A stretch of DNA of 26,611 bases, taken from IMG/VR virus record IMGVR_UViG_3300023239_000036, positions 1 through 26,611 of that record, one strand, 5' to 3'. Below the pieces are notes generated by a model. That model was not told the DNA's origin, made no database searches, and worked only from the letters and a program-made list of their open reading frames with translations. Source of the DNA: a virus (Duplodnaviria > Caudoviricetes). The position numbers were made by a program, and so were the translations under genes. The stretch's first letter is position 1; each line of letters begins with the position of its first letter. Of the stretch, positions 1 through 8,124 are shown piece by piece.

Positions 1-33
1 ATATTCTTTTAAATAATTATTTTGCGTAAACAT
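1..33 (-). CDS. 5' fragment of a gene running off the window (MFTQNNYLKEY...); possibly an HNH homing endonuclease
   Basis: ATG at 33-31, Shine-Dalgarno (SD) AAGGAG at 44-39 and TATAAATA at 66-59. The N-terminus resembles the MFxxNKYxxxY starts of phage HNH endonucleases, but only 11 codons are visible, so the product is a guess. Confidence 0.55.
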   Translation of the reverse strand, partial: MFTQNNYLKEY

Positions 34-42
34 TATATCTCC

Positions 43-86
43 TTTAGAATTTACTTAGTATTTATACGATACTAGTAATATCTAAA
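43..86 (-). promoter_or_regulatory. Imperfect inverted repeat (RNA hairpin) enclosing the late promoter and reaching the SD
   Basis: Minus-strand arms TTTAGATATTACTAGTAT (86-69) and ATACTAAGTAAATTCTAAA (61-43) give 16 pairs, a 2x2 mismatch, a 1-nt bulge and a 7-nt loop. Confidence 0.6.
59..66 (-). promoter_or_regulatory. T4-type late promoter TATAAATA overlapping the gp46 stop codon
   Basis: Plus strand TATTTATA at 59-66 is an exact T4 late consensus on the minus strand, 14 nt upstream of a strong SD. A gp55-like sigma is encoded in the window. Confidence 0.75.
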
Positions 87-1837
87 TCTGGTTCGTATGA
101 GGTGAAGCCATTTTCTTTTACTACTCGTAACACATGATTAACTCTTCCAATGAGTTCATCTTTGTGTGAGATAAGATAGATGTTCTTTTCACGTTCCCGT
201 GCCATCTTTTTAAGTATGCTTAACGAATTTTCTACTCCAGCAGTATCCATACCACTGTCTATAAGTTCATCAATGAACAATAAATTAATATTCTGGTATA
301 AGCTTTCCCAAACATCACGGAATGCAAAGCTCAAGCCTAAGATAAGTCTGTTACGTTCGCCTCTTGACAAGTTATCAAAGTCTAGGTCTTGTCCTAACTG
401 AGTAATCTCAACATTCAAGTCATTTAAGAATACAACTTGATGCGGCAAGCCAATCTTATCAAGATAATATGTAAGTCTGTTGTTAAGATATGCTAAGTTT
501 TGATCAATGATCTTCTTACGAATGAAACTATCTTTGTTTGTAAGTAGCTTTAACAAGAACTCTTGATGCTCTTTATAACTTGTAAGCTCGTTAACAACAC
601 CCCAATCAACTTTTTGGATAGCAGTTTCATTTAGGTCGGTAATTTGTGCAGTATATGGGTCTTCTTCGGCGATCTTTGTGTCTAATGTCTGTTTTAAGTT
701 GTCTACGTTGCTTCTATGCTCGTATGCTTCTTTTGCACTATCGTAAAACGTTGTAGGCTTGCCATTAATGTCACCAATTGCTTCGAGATCAGTAACAACA
801 TGTGATAATTTGTCAGAAACTTCTACTTGATAAGCGTTTGCGTCAATAAGTTCTTTATCTTTACGCTCTGCGATCTCTGCCTTCTTGTCTGCATGTAATT
901 CTTGACCACATGTGTAACAAGTTGCATCATCAAGATCTGTAATATCCTTAACAAGCTTTGCAACACTCTTATCTGCACGTTGTAGTGCTGGTTCCAGTGT
1001 GCTTAGTTCTTTTCTCAGAGAAGTTATCTTGTTATTGTGTTCAGTCCAGTTAGAAAGCCTTTCGTGCAGCTCAAGTTCAGTCTCAATATCTAAATGTTCT
1101 AATTGATCAATAGCATTTGCTAATTTATCTTGGTCTTGCTTGTGTTTAGACACCCATGCACGTTGTCTACCGACTAATTGTTCAATACTTACTTCAATTT
1201 TTTCGTTTGCAGTTTGAATAGCATTGATCTTTAGCGTTTCTTCGGTGATAGCGTCTTTGCTCTGACGAGTTTGCTCTTTAAGTAAGTCAGCTTTCTCGGA
1301 TAGTATAGTAATACCTAGTAATTGTTCGATGATAACACGCTGATCATTAACACGCATACTTAAAAACGGTTCGGTATAAGTGTTTAGTGCAACAATATGC
1401 TTAAACATGTCATGACTCATACCCAACAGTGTATTAACATCGTCTTGTGTTTGTCTACTGTCGCCTTGTGACTCGTCTACTAATGATTCTTGATCATTAA
1501 TATAGAATTTAAAGAAATTAGGCGAACGTCCTCGTTCAATGCGGTAACTATTGCCATCTTTTTCAAATTGCAATGTTACTATCATGCCTTTGCTGTTAGT
1601 TTTGTTGATCAAGTTGTTGCGTTTGATGTTTGTAAGTGCTGTACCATACAATGCATAGGACAAAGCGTTGATAATAGTAGTTTTACCGGTACCATTACGT
1701 GATCCACTGTCATCACCGCCTTGATCTAAGTTCTCACCTAGTACCAATGTTAGTTGTTCGTGGTCAAAGTCTACTGCTTGAGTCTGATTGCCCACACTCA
1801 TAAAGTTTTTTACGGTAAGGTCTTTAATCTTTATCAT
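62..1837 (-). CDS. gp46: gp46-like recombination nuclease ATPase subunit (Rad50/SbcC family)
   Basis: KNFMSVGN N-terminus, Walker A NGTGKT, coiled coils with zinc hook CYTCGQ, signature LSRGE, Walker B LLFIDE, D-loop SGMD, H-loop ISH. Confidence 0.95.
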   Translation of the reverse strand: MIKIKDLTVKNFMSVGNQTQAVDFDHEQLTLVLGENLDQGGDDSGSRNGTGKTTIINALSYALYGTALTNIKRNNLINKTNSKGMIVTLQFEKDGNSYRIERGRSPNFFKFYINDQESLVDESQGDSRQTQDDVNTLLGMSHDMFKHIVALNTYTEPFLSMRVNDQRVIIEQLLGITILSEKADLLKEQTRQSKDAITEETLKINAIQTANEKIEVSIEQLVGRQRAWVSKHKQDQDKLANAIDQLEHLDIETELELHERLSNWTEHNNKITSLRKELSTLEPALQRADKSVAKLVKDITDLDDATCYTCGQELHADKKAEIAERKDKELIDANAYQVEVSDKLSHVVTDLEAIGDINGKPTTFYDSAKEAYEHRSNVDNLKQTLDTKIAEEDPYTAQITDLNETAIQKVDWGVVNELTSYKEHQEFLLKLLTNKDSFIRKKIIDQNLAYLNNRLTYYLDKIGLPHQVVFLNDLNVEITQLGQDLDFDNLSRGERNRLILGLSFAFRDVWESLYQNINLLFIDELIDSGMDTAGVENSLSILKKMAREREKNIYLISHKDELIGRVNHVLRVVKENGFTSYEPDLDITSIV

Positions 1838-1838
1838 A

Positions 1839-2855
1839 TTATGATTCTAGTCCATTATATATTTGCAACAACAAACTTTTATCAAAGTTAGTAGTGTCAA
1901 GTTCTGCTATTTCATTGCTTACGATTTGATCTACACTTTCAAACTGTGCAATATCAAGCTCTGTACTCATTTCTTCTAAGTGCTTCTGTGCAATAAGTGT
2001 GATCTCACGACAGTTGTACTGGGTAATGAATGTTTCCTTGATAAAGCTTGCTTCTTCGTAACTAATAGGAAGGTCAAGCGTTACTCTCAAGTACATTTTA
2101 GGTTTAATAAAGGTATCTGCGTTGTCAATTAGGTTACTAAGTGTTACAGTACGGTACTTAGGACAGTTGGGCCAGTTAATAAACTCCGGCTCTTTGTTAT
2201 TCTCTTTATCAAGTATCATCATACCACGGTCATCATCACCTACGTCAGCATAGTTGTGCGGAAATGCATTACCAATGTAATGAATAGCACCTTGCTTCTG
2301 ACGTTTGTGGAAGTGTCCACTGAATACATACTCTTGATGCTTAAAGTGTTCAGGCTTTAGGTCACCATGATCAGGCATTCTAACCAATGCGTTCATATAG
2401 AAGCTAGGAAGTTCAAAGTGTCCAAACAAATACTTTGTTTCGATGTCTTTCATCTTCTTCCACTCGTCACCAACAAGCCACGGCACAAGTGCAACATCAT
2501 CTTCAATGAAGATTTCGTCTATAAACGTAATGCCTGGAATGTGTTTTGCAAAAGCAGTACTGTTAACGTCACGCTTGTCTTTATAATACAAGTCATGGTT
2601 ACCATCAAAGAAGTAAAACTTCTCAAATGCAGCACCAAGCTTTTCCATACTTCTAATTGTTGCATCCATAGTGGTAAGGTTAAGTGAATTTCTGTTGTGA
2701 TGCCAGTCTCCGCAGAAGATACCAGTTTCGCAACCAGCAGCTTGAGCTTGTTCTATGTACCAATCAATAAATTCTTCGCAATCTTCGTTATGAACACGAC
2801 TATTGCCCTTCAATCCAAAATGGATGTCTGTAAATACCGCAGCTTTTTTAAACAA
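1839..2855 (-). CDS. gp47: gp47-like recombination nuclease subunit (Mre11/SbcD metallophosphoesterase), TTG start
   Basis: Motifs DIHFG, GDWHH, GNHD, GHFE and GHFH. GGAG SD at 2867-2864. Separated from gp46 by 1 nt. Confidence 0.95.
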   Translation of the reverse strand: MFKKAAVFTDIHFGLKGNSRVHNEDCEEFIDWYIEQAQAAGCETGIFCGDWHHNRNSLNLTTMDATIRSMEKLGAAFEKFYFFDGNHDLYYKDKRDVNSTAFAKHIPGITFIDEIFIEDDVALVPWLVGDEWKKMKDIETKYLFGHFELPSFYMNALVRMPDHGDLKPEHFKHQEYVFSGHFHKRQKQGAIHYIGNAFPHNYADVGDDDRGMMILDKENNKEPEFINWPNCPKYRTVTLSNLIDNADTFIKPKMYLRVTLDLPISYEEASFIKETFITQYNCREITLIAQKHLEEMSTELDIAQFESVDQIVSNEIAELDTTNFDKSLLLQIYNGLES

Positions 2856-2882
2856 GTTTTATTCTCCATATGTACTTGTTAA

Positions 2883-2911
2883 AGTATATAGCAAATGTTA
2901 ACACCTGTCAA
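2883..2911 (-). promoter_or_regulatory. Sigma70-type early promoter for gp47/gp46
   Basis: TTGACA (2911-2906), 17-nt spacer, TATACT (2888-2883), in the intergenic gap. Confidence 0.85.
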
Positions 2912-2912
2912 C

Positions 2913-3764
2913 CTATTTCTTGGAACCTGTGTATTGAGTGATCGGAGCTTCTTCATTCCGCTTCACACTTGCTTCCCATTCGCCTTGATTCTGTCTTGTA
3001 TAACTAGGAGACAAGTCATTCATCTCTAAGATATCATCTCTAATGTTTTGATTGCGTTTTTCTATGTTAATAACACGTACAAAACTATTAGTAACAGCAG
3101 CAGTATAGTATGCAAATGGATTATCTGACTTAGATTCGTCAAACTGTAGTCCAATTTGTGAAAGTTGCAAGATAGCTTGTCCTTTCATTTCATCATTATA
3201 TGTGTAACCACGTACATTGCCTCGAGTTGCATAACGATCAACAAGTTTTAACCACATCATAGCAAGGTTGTTAGTTGCTTTACCGTGCTTATGATTAAAA
3301 TTGCCGTTATCCATCCCGCCTTCCCAATGGCTTTTACCTACTAGGATAATTTCGCCTTCGTCATCATACTTGTAATGTTTAAATGGGGGAAACGGTAGCT
3401 TAACTTTTGTATCAGCAATAGTCTTAGGGTTCTTTTTGCGACCTGGCTCTTCTGGAATGTGATCAAATGTCATTACACGGAAGATTAGCTCTTCTTTTGT
3501 AATTTCAGATGCTAATGTTTCGCATTCTGCTTGTTTGACCTTCTCACCTAAGCCTTTCCTGCGCTCGTATTCTGCTGAAGACATCTTCTTTGCTTTATTA
3601 CGCTTTGCTTCAGCAACAGACAGTCGATTTATTTTACCTACATCTAGTAAAATAATATCATATTGACCATATTCAGGTTCTAAATAACTGTTGAACTGAT
3701 TCTTTGATTTGTGTATTTCTTTAAGTATGTCTTTATTGTTTAGATAATTCTTGGGACGCATCAT
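2913..3764 (-). CDS. gp55: gp55-like late-transcription sigma factor (start probably the second ATG, 3761)
   Basis: NYLNNKDIL N-terminus and core RGNVRGYTYNDEM...QFDESKSDNPFAYYTAAVTNSFVRVINIEKR match T4 gp55 motifs (YVNNKELL; NFDETKYKNPHAYIT). Adjacent to gp47/gp46. SD AGGAG at 3772-3768. Confidence 0.88.
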   Translation of the reverse strand: MMRPKNYLNNKDILKEIHKSKNQFNSYLEPEYGQYDIILLDVGKINRLSVAEAKRNKAKKMSSAEYERRKGLGEKVKQAECETLASEITKEELIFRVMTFDHIPEEPGRKKNPKTIADTKVKLPFPPFKHYKYDDEGEIILVGKSHWEGGMDNGNFNHKHGKATNNLAMMWLKLVDRYATRGNVRGYTYNDEMKGQAILQLSQIGLQFDESKSDNPFAYYTAAVTNSFVRVINIEKRNQNIRDDILEMNDLSPSYTRQNQGEWEASVKRNEEAPITQYTGSKK

Positions 3765-3787
3765 TCTCTCCTATAGTGTTAATTACT

Positions 3788-3816
3788 ATTATACACGACA
3801 ATTGTATCAGTGTCAA
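3788..3816 (-). promoter_or_regulatory. Perfect sigma70 consensus promoter (proximal) for gp55-like gene
   Basis: TTGACA (3816-3811), 17-nt spacer, TATAAT (3793-3788). Confidence 0.9.
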
Positions 3817-3826
3817 CCGAAGAATA

Positions 3827-3855
3827 ATTATAATATACATACATAATTTTGTCAA
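3827..3855 (-). promoter_or_regulatory. Perfect sigma70 consensus promoter (distal) for gp55-like gene
   Basis: TTGACA (3855-3850), 17-nt spacer, TATAAT (3832-3827). Confidence 0.9.
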
Positions 3856-3856
3856 C

Positions 3857-3862
3857 TAAATA
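3857..3862 (+). promoter_or_regulatory. Putative late promoter TAAATA for baseplate operon
   Basis: ACTAAATAGTAGTATAGGAG: the core of the T4 late box, followed by SD AGGAG (3870-3874) and ATG at 3886. Confidence 0.7.
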
Positions 3863-3885
3863 GTAGTATAGGAGACAAGATAATT

Positions 3886-4734
3886 ATGGCGTTTAGTATT
3901 AAAAAAGCTTCCACAAACTTTCTAAGTAGCATTGTAAGTGATGTCGGCGGCGCAATTAAATCTGCTATCGGCGATACTGTAACACAGAAGCTAGGTGCCT
4001 TAGGTCCACTAGGAAAACTAGCTGCGACATTTATTAACCAAACGGGTGGATTTGGATCGTCTAATAATAACAGAACGATTTCTAGAGCAATTATTGCATC
4101 AACTAATAGTGTTACTGAAGCAGGTGATTGGCGTGTTAGTATTGGTGTCCCAGACGTTATACTAGACGAAGGCGATATACTTGCGCCGATGAGAGCAACT
4201 AGCCAAGGAGTTTGGAATACAGGAAATAAAATGATATTTCCTTTTAACCCAACGGTACTTTTAAGTCATAGTGCAAACTATTCACAAGTGCAACCTACTC
4301 ATACAAATTATGCATACAATGCATACGAAAGCAGTCAAGTAGATGCAATTACAATCACTGGCGAATTTTATCAAGAAAACGAAAACGATGCAAAATACTG
4401 GATAGCATGTTTGCACTTTTTAAGAACTGCAACTAAAATGTTTTACGGAAATAGTAATCCGTTAGGAAATCCTCCAGTTGTTTGTAGACTTAACGGCTAT
4501 GGTAAACATATATTAAATGATATGCCAGTTGTAATAACAAACTTTACTACAGATTTACCAGTTGATGTAGATTATATTATGTGTACCGTTAACGGGCATC
4601 CTAACTATGTTCCTACACAAAGTTCAATTACAGTTACACTACAGCCACAATACGCAAGACGTTCGCAAGCAGGATTTAGTTTAAATGATTATGCAGGCGG
4701 CAGACATATTGGCGGCGCGGAAGGATTTGTATAA
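3886..4734 (+). CDS. Baseplate/tail-tube initiator protein (gp48/gp54, CIS-tube-like fold)
   Basis: FPFNPT..SHSANY, ITITGEF and PPVVCRLNGYG..ND.PVVITNFT.DLP patterns, plus position directly before a LysM/gp53-like gene and the hub. Confidence 0.7.
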   Translation: MAFSIKKASTNFLSSIVSDVGGAIKSAIGDTVTQKLGALGPLGKLAATFINQTGGFGSSNNNRTISRAIIASTNSVTEAGDWRVSIGVPDVILDEGDILAPMRATSQGVWNTGNKMIFPFNPTVLLSHSANYSQVQPTHTNYAYNAYESSQVDAITITGEFYQENENDAKYWIACLHFLRTATKMFYGNSNPLGNPPVVCRLNGYGKHILNDMPVVITNFTTDLPVDVDYIMCTVNGHPNYVPTQSSITVTLQPQYARRSQAGFSLNDYAGGRHIGGAEGFV

Positions 4735-5033
4735 TGGAAAAAAACAGTTTAAGTCCGTATGCACGTACTCCAATTAATCAATCTGGATATTTAGACATAC
4801 TAAAACCTCGTCCTGTTCCTGCTAACAGAGACGATATTGTATTTGAAATAACAACTGAATTTACATATCGTCCTGATTTACTAGCACACATTACATATGG
4901 TAGAAAAGATTTATGGTGGGTATTTGCACAGCGTAATTTAGATATATTAAAAGATCCTGTATTTGACTTTGTCGCAGGCACTAAAATATTTTTACCAGAT
5001 CCTTCAGCATTACGTAATACATTAGGATTTTAA
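4734..5033 (+). CDS. gp53: Baseplate wedge LysM-like protein (T4 gp53 / P2 gpX family)
   Basis: YRPDLLAHITYGRKDLWWVFAQRN...DPVFDFVAGTKIFLP; 99 aa; TAATG overlap with the previous gene. Confidence 0.85.
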   Translation: MEKNSLSPYARTPINQSGYLDILKPRPVPANRDDIVFEITTEFTYRPDLLAHITYGRKDLWWVFAQRNLDILKDPVFDFVAGTKIFLPDPSALRNTLGF

Positions 5034-5034
5034 T

Positions 5035-8000
5035 ATGGCATTTGATTTAAAATCAGCAGCTAAAAATGCAGTAAAATCTGCTACAATAGATACTGTTACT
5101 AGCAAAATTAATTCTAAAATTCCTGGAGTTAGCAGCCAGATGATGTCATCGGCACTAAAAGGCGGAGACATTAAAGGCGCTATTGGTGGAGCACTTGGTG
5201 GAGCACTTGGTGGCGGATCCGACGGACTGATTGGTGCAATAAAAGGAAAATTAGATGGACTAGCAGCTAATTCACCTGAGCTTCGAGGTCTGACCAACAC
5301 AGCACTGAAGCTAGTAGAAAAAGGCGCAGCAGATCTTAAAGGTCTGGGCGGCGAATACGGCCTGAAGATGGACCAGTATAGAGAATTAGCAGACAGAACT
5401 GGTATATCCGGCAATTTTGTTGATAGTGGATTTTTGCCGTCATACAAAGTTGACGATTCTGCTGCAAGTAAAGTTCCTAATCCGTTAAGAAGTTACAACG
5501 GAGTTAATTATATAATTACGTTAGGCGTACTTAGTGCAGAAGAATATAATAATCCTGACACTTATAGAAACATAGGAAGTTTTAAAAATTACATAATACA
5601 AAGTGCAGGCGGCAACCTAAACAAACGTTATCAAGTGTTTGACGAACACGAAGGCAACGTTAAAGGCAATCACCACATTGACGCTAAAGAAACTCACGCA
5701 GAATATTACATTGATGATATCGAATTAGATTCAGTAGTTGCACCTAATGAAAATACTAGAATGACATTAGGAACATCGTTAACATTTAACGTTACTGAAC
5801 CTTATAGTATGGGAAATTTTATACAAGCAATTAGAGGCGCAGCACATGATGCAGGATATGCTAATTATGCACATGCTCCGTTTTGTATAAAAATTGACTT
5901 TGCTGGCTATAATTTAGACGGAACATTTAATGCAAATTTTTTAACACAACCAATGTTTGTTCCGATTAAAATAACGGAGATGGATTTTAGTGTTTCTGGC
6001 CAAGGCAGCAAATATGCAGTTACAGCAGTGCCAATGAGCGAAACAGGGTTATCTGATGATATTAATAAAATTAATACAAATGTTAAAGCAACAGGTGTAC
6101 TATGTTCAGAAATTCTTGAAACAAATGACCAGTCGGTAACAGGTGCAGTTAATGGAGCTATTTCAGCTTTAGAAGAAGCAGGAGCACTTGCACCATATGA
6201 TAGATATATTATTTGTTTTCCAAAAACACGTAAAGAATTAAAAGACGCATATCAAAAAGGAGAACAAGACGAGACTGCGTTTGTATCTACTCCTGAAGAT
6301 TTAGAAATTCAACGTCAAGGAATTGATTTCGAAACCAACCCAGAACTACGAGACACATACCAGCCAAAAACCATAACAATTAAACCTCCGAATGACACAT
6401 ATGGAATACTTAAATCGTTTGCTGAAAATACTAATTTAATGAATGCAATAGGACTAAGCCCATTAAATGAAGATACAAATGCAGCTGGAAACACATCCGC
6501 AGCAGACCCAAAAGCAGCAACCAATCCCGAAACAGGACAAATTGATCCAGCTGGGAAAGCAGCACAGCCTGCAGATAAAGCAAGAGATCATCAGTTTACT
6601 CAGGGCGAGCTAATTACTGCTATTATTGAAAAAATGGTATTACAAACAACTTACGCTGCCGAAAAGTCAACTGAAGGCGCCAAAAATGGTATGAACAAAT
6701 GGTTTAGAATTGATACACATGTTTACATAGATGAAGGCGCCTTAACCGAAGCAACAATGGGCCGACGACCTAGAGTTTATGTGTACAGTGTTATCGAATA
6801 TGAAGTTGATCAAGCAGTTACAATGGCTGGTAATCAAGCACCGCAAAATACTAAAGGACTAAGGCAACTTGCGCAGAAAGAATACAACTATATCTATAGT
6901 GGCAAAAATGAAGATGTGTTAAACTTTGATTTAAAATTTAATAATGCATATATGATGACTGCATTTGCAGATCTTGGAATGGCCGCAGGCGGACTCCGAG
7001 GTGCGGCTGATAATGCAACAAATATTGCCTCTGGTAACGAAAAAGACAAAGGCGTCACAACTCCAGTAGGTGAAAAAAGAACAAATGAAGAAGGTAGCGC
7101 AGGTACAGAACTTGTGACTGGCGTGGATACGCCATCCGGATATCAAGGCAGTGACGTTCGACGCAAAATTGCTGAAATCTTCCACGATAAAATTACAAAA
7201 ATGAATGTAGACATGGTTACTGCTGAGATGGAGATACTAGGAGATCCTTATTTTATACCGCAACAAACCGGTAACTACGTTGGTGCTGTTGGAAATACGA
7301 TAGCTGAAATTAATGGCGGCACAATGAATTACTTAGACCAGTCAGTATTTTGTATTATAAATTTTAGAACTCCGTTTGATTATCAAGTTAAAGGTGCAAC
7401 AATGGAATTTCCACAAATTGTACAAGGGTTTAGTGGATTGTTTCAAATATGGGCAGTTACTAATAATTTTAGCGGCGGCAAGTTTACTCAAGTTATTAAG
7501 CTAATAAGACGTAAAGGCCAAGACGATGAAGCAACAACTGCAAATTCAGGAACGATGATAGTAAACAACGATTCAGCATTAGTAAAGGATGGCGTACAAT
7601 CAGACGGCACAGTTGGAGGACAGCAACCAGGAGTTGATTGTTTCCCAGCTCCAAAAAGTGATGATATTAGAGAAATAAATCCAGCAATTGGAGCAGATGT
7701 TGCCGCAGCAGCAACAAATGGACTTGATCAGCTTGAGAACATGCTCAGCAACGCAGCTGGTGACTTTAAAACAGCAATCGCGGGCCTTGAAAAAGATAAA
7801 AACCCCTTTGCAAAACTTCCGGATTTAAGCAAGATTATTCCAGGTGCAATCTCAAGTGGATTAAAAGACGCAGCATTCAGCGCAGTAGCAGGTAAGCTTG
7901 GCGGCGTAGCAGGAATTGCTGCCGGCTCACTAGCAAGTAATGCAATAGGCGGCATTGGAACAGCTTTAAAAGGCGGATTCAACCCTACTGGTCTCCAAGC

Positions 8001-8124
8001 TGGACTTGCAGCAGGACAAAAGGCAACTGATGCAGTAACAGCTTCTCTTGCTGCAAATGAAAAAATTGCTAGTGTATCTGGCGCTGCAAAATCTAAAGCT
8101 AGTTCACTATTAGGAGGCACGTAA
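5035..8124 (+). CDS. Baseplate hub protein (gp27/gpD-like) with Gly/Ala-rich terminal arms
   Basis: AEMEILGDPYFI and FSGLFQIWAVTNNFSGGKFTQVIKLIR are typical of hub C-terminal barrels. Located between the LysM and spike genes. Confidence 0.7.
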   Translation: MAFDLKSAAKNAVKSATIDTVTSKINSKIPGVSSQMMSSALKGGDIKGAIGGALGGALGGGSDGLIGAIKGKLDGLAANSPELRGLTNTALKLVEKGAADLKGLGGEYGLKMDQYRELADRTGISGNFVDSGFLPSYKVDDSAASKVPNPLRSYNGVNYIITLGVLSAEEYNNPDTYRNIGSFKNYIIQSAGGNLNKRYQVFDEHEGNVKGNHHIDAKETHAEYYIDDIELDSVVAPNENTRMTLGTSLTFNVTEPYSMGNFIQAIRGAAHDAGYANYAHAPFCIKIDFAGYNLDGTFNANFLTQPMFVPIKITEMDFSVSGQGSKYAVTAVPMSETGLSDDINKINTNVKATGVLCSEILETNDQSVTGAVNGAISALEEAGALAPYDRYIICFPKTRKELKDAYQKGEQDETAFVSTPEDLEIQRQGIDFETNPELRDTYQPKTITIKPPNDTYGILKSFAENTNLMNAIGLSPLNEDTNAAGNTSAADPKAATNPETGQIDPAGKAAQPADKARDHQFTQGELITAIIEKMVLQTTYAAEKSTEGAKNGMNKWFRIDTHVYIDEGALTEATMGRRPRVYVYSVIEYEVDQAVTMAGNQAPQNTKGLRQLAQKEYNYIYSGKNEDVLNFDLKFNNAYMMTAFADLGMAAGGLRGAADNATNIASGNEKDKGVTTPVGEKRTNEEGSAGTELVTGVDTPSGYQGSDVRRKIAEIFHDKITKMNVDMVTAEMEILGDPYFIPQQTGNYVGAVGNTIAEINGGTMNYLDQSVFCIINFRTPFDYQVKGATMEFPQIVQGFSGLFQIWAVTNNFSGGKFTQVIKLIRRKGQDDEATTANSGTMIVNNDSALVKDGVQSDGTVGGQQPGVDCFPAPKSDDIREINPAIGADVAAAATNGLDQLENMLSNAAGDFKTAIAGLEKDKNPFAKLPDLSKIIPGAISSGLKDAAFSAVAGKLGGVAGIAAGSLASNAIGGIGTALKGGFNPTGLQAGLAAGQKATDAVTASLAANEKIASVSGAAKSKASSLLGGT
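5183..5213 (+). repeat. 12-nt tandem repeat TTGGTGGAGCAC x2.6 (GGAL units)
   Basis: Read directly; in frame within the hub N-terminal arm. Confidence 0.9.

Noticed and set aside
2831-2836. Plus-strand TAAATA inside gp47
   Set aside because: It is antisense within conserved codons (VFT) with no downstream gene, and is expected by chance in AT-rich DNA.
180-2882. Short plus-strand ORFs opposite gp46/gp47
   Set aside because: They overlap conserved genes almost entirely and have no supporting signals.
3829-3834. Plus-strand TATAAT as a sigma70 promoter for the baseplate operon
   Set aside because: It is part of the ATTATAAT palindrome of the minus-strand -10, and no -35 lies at the right distance.
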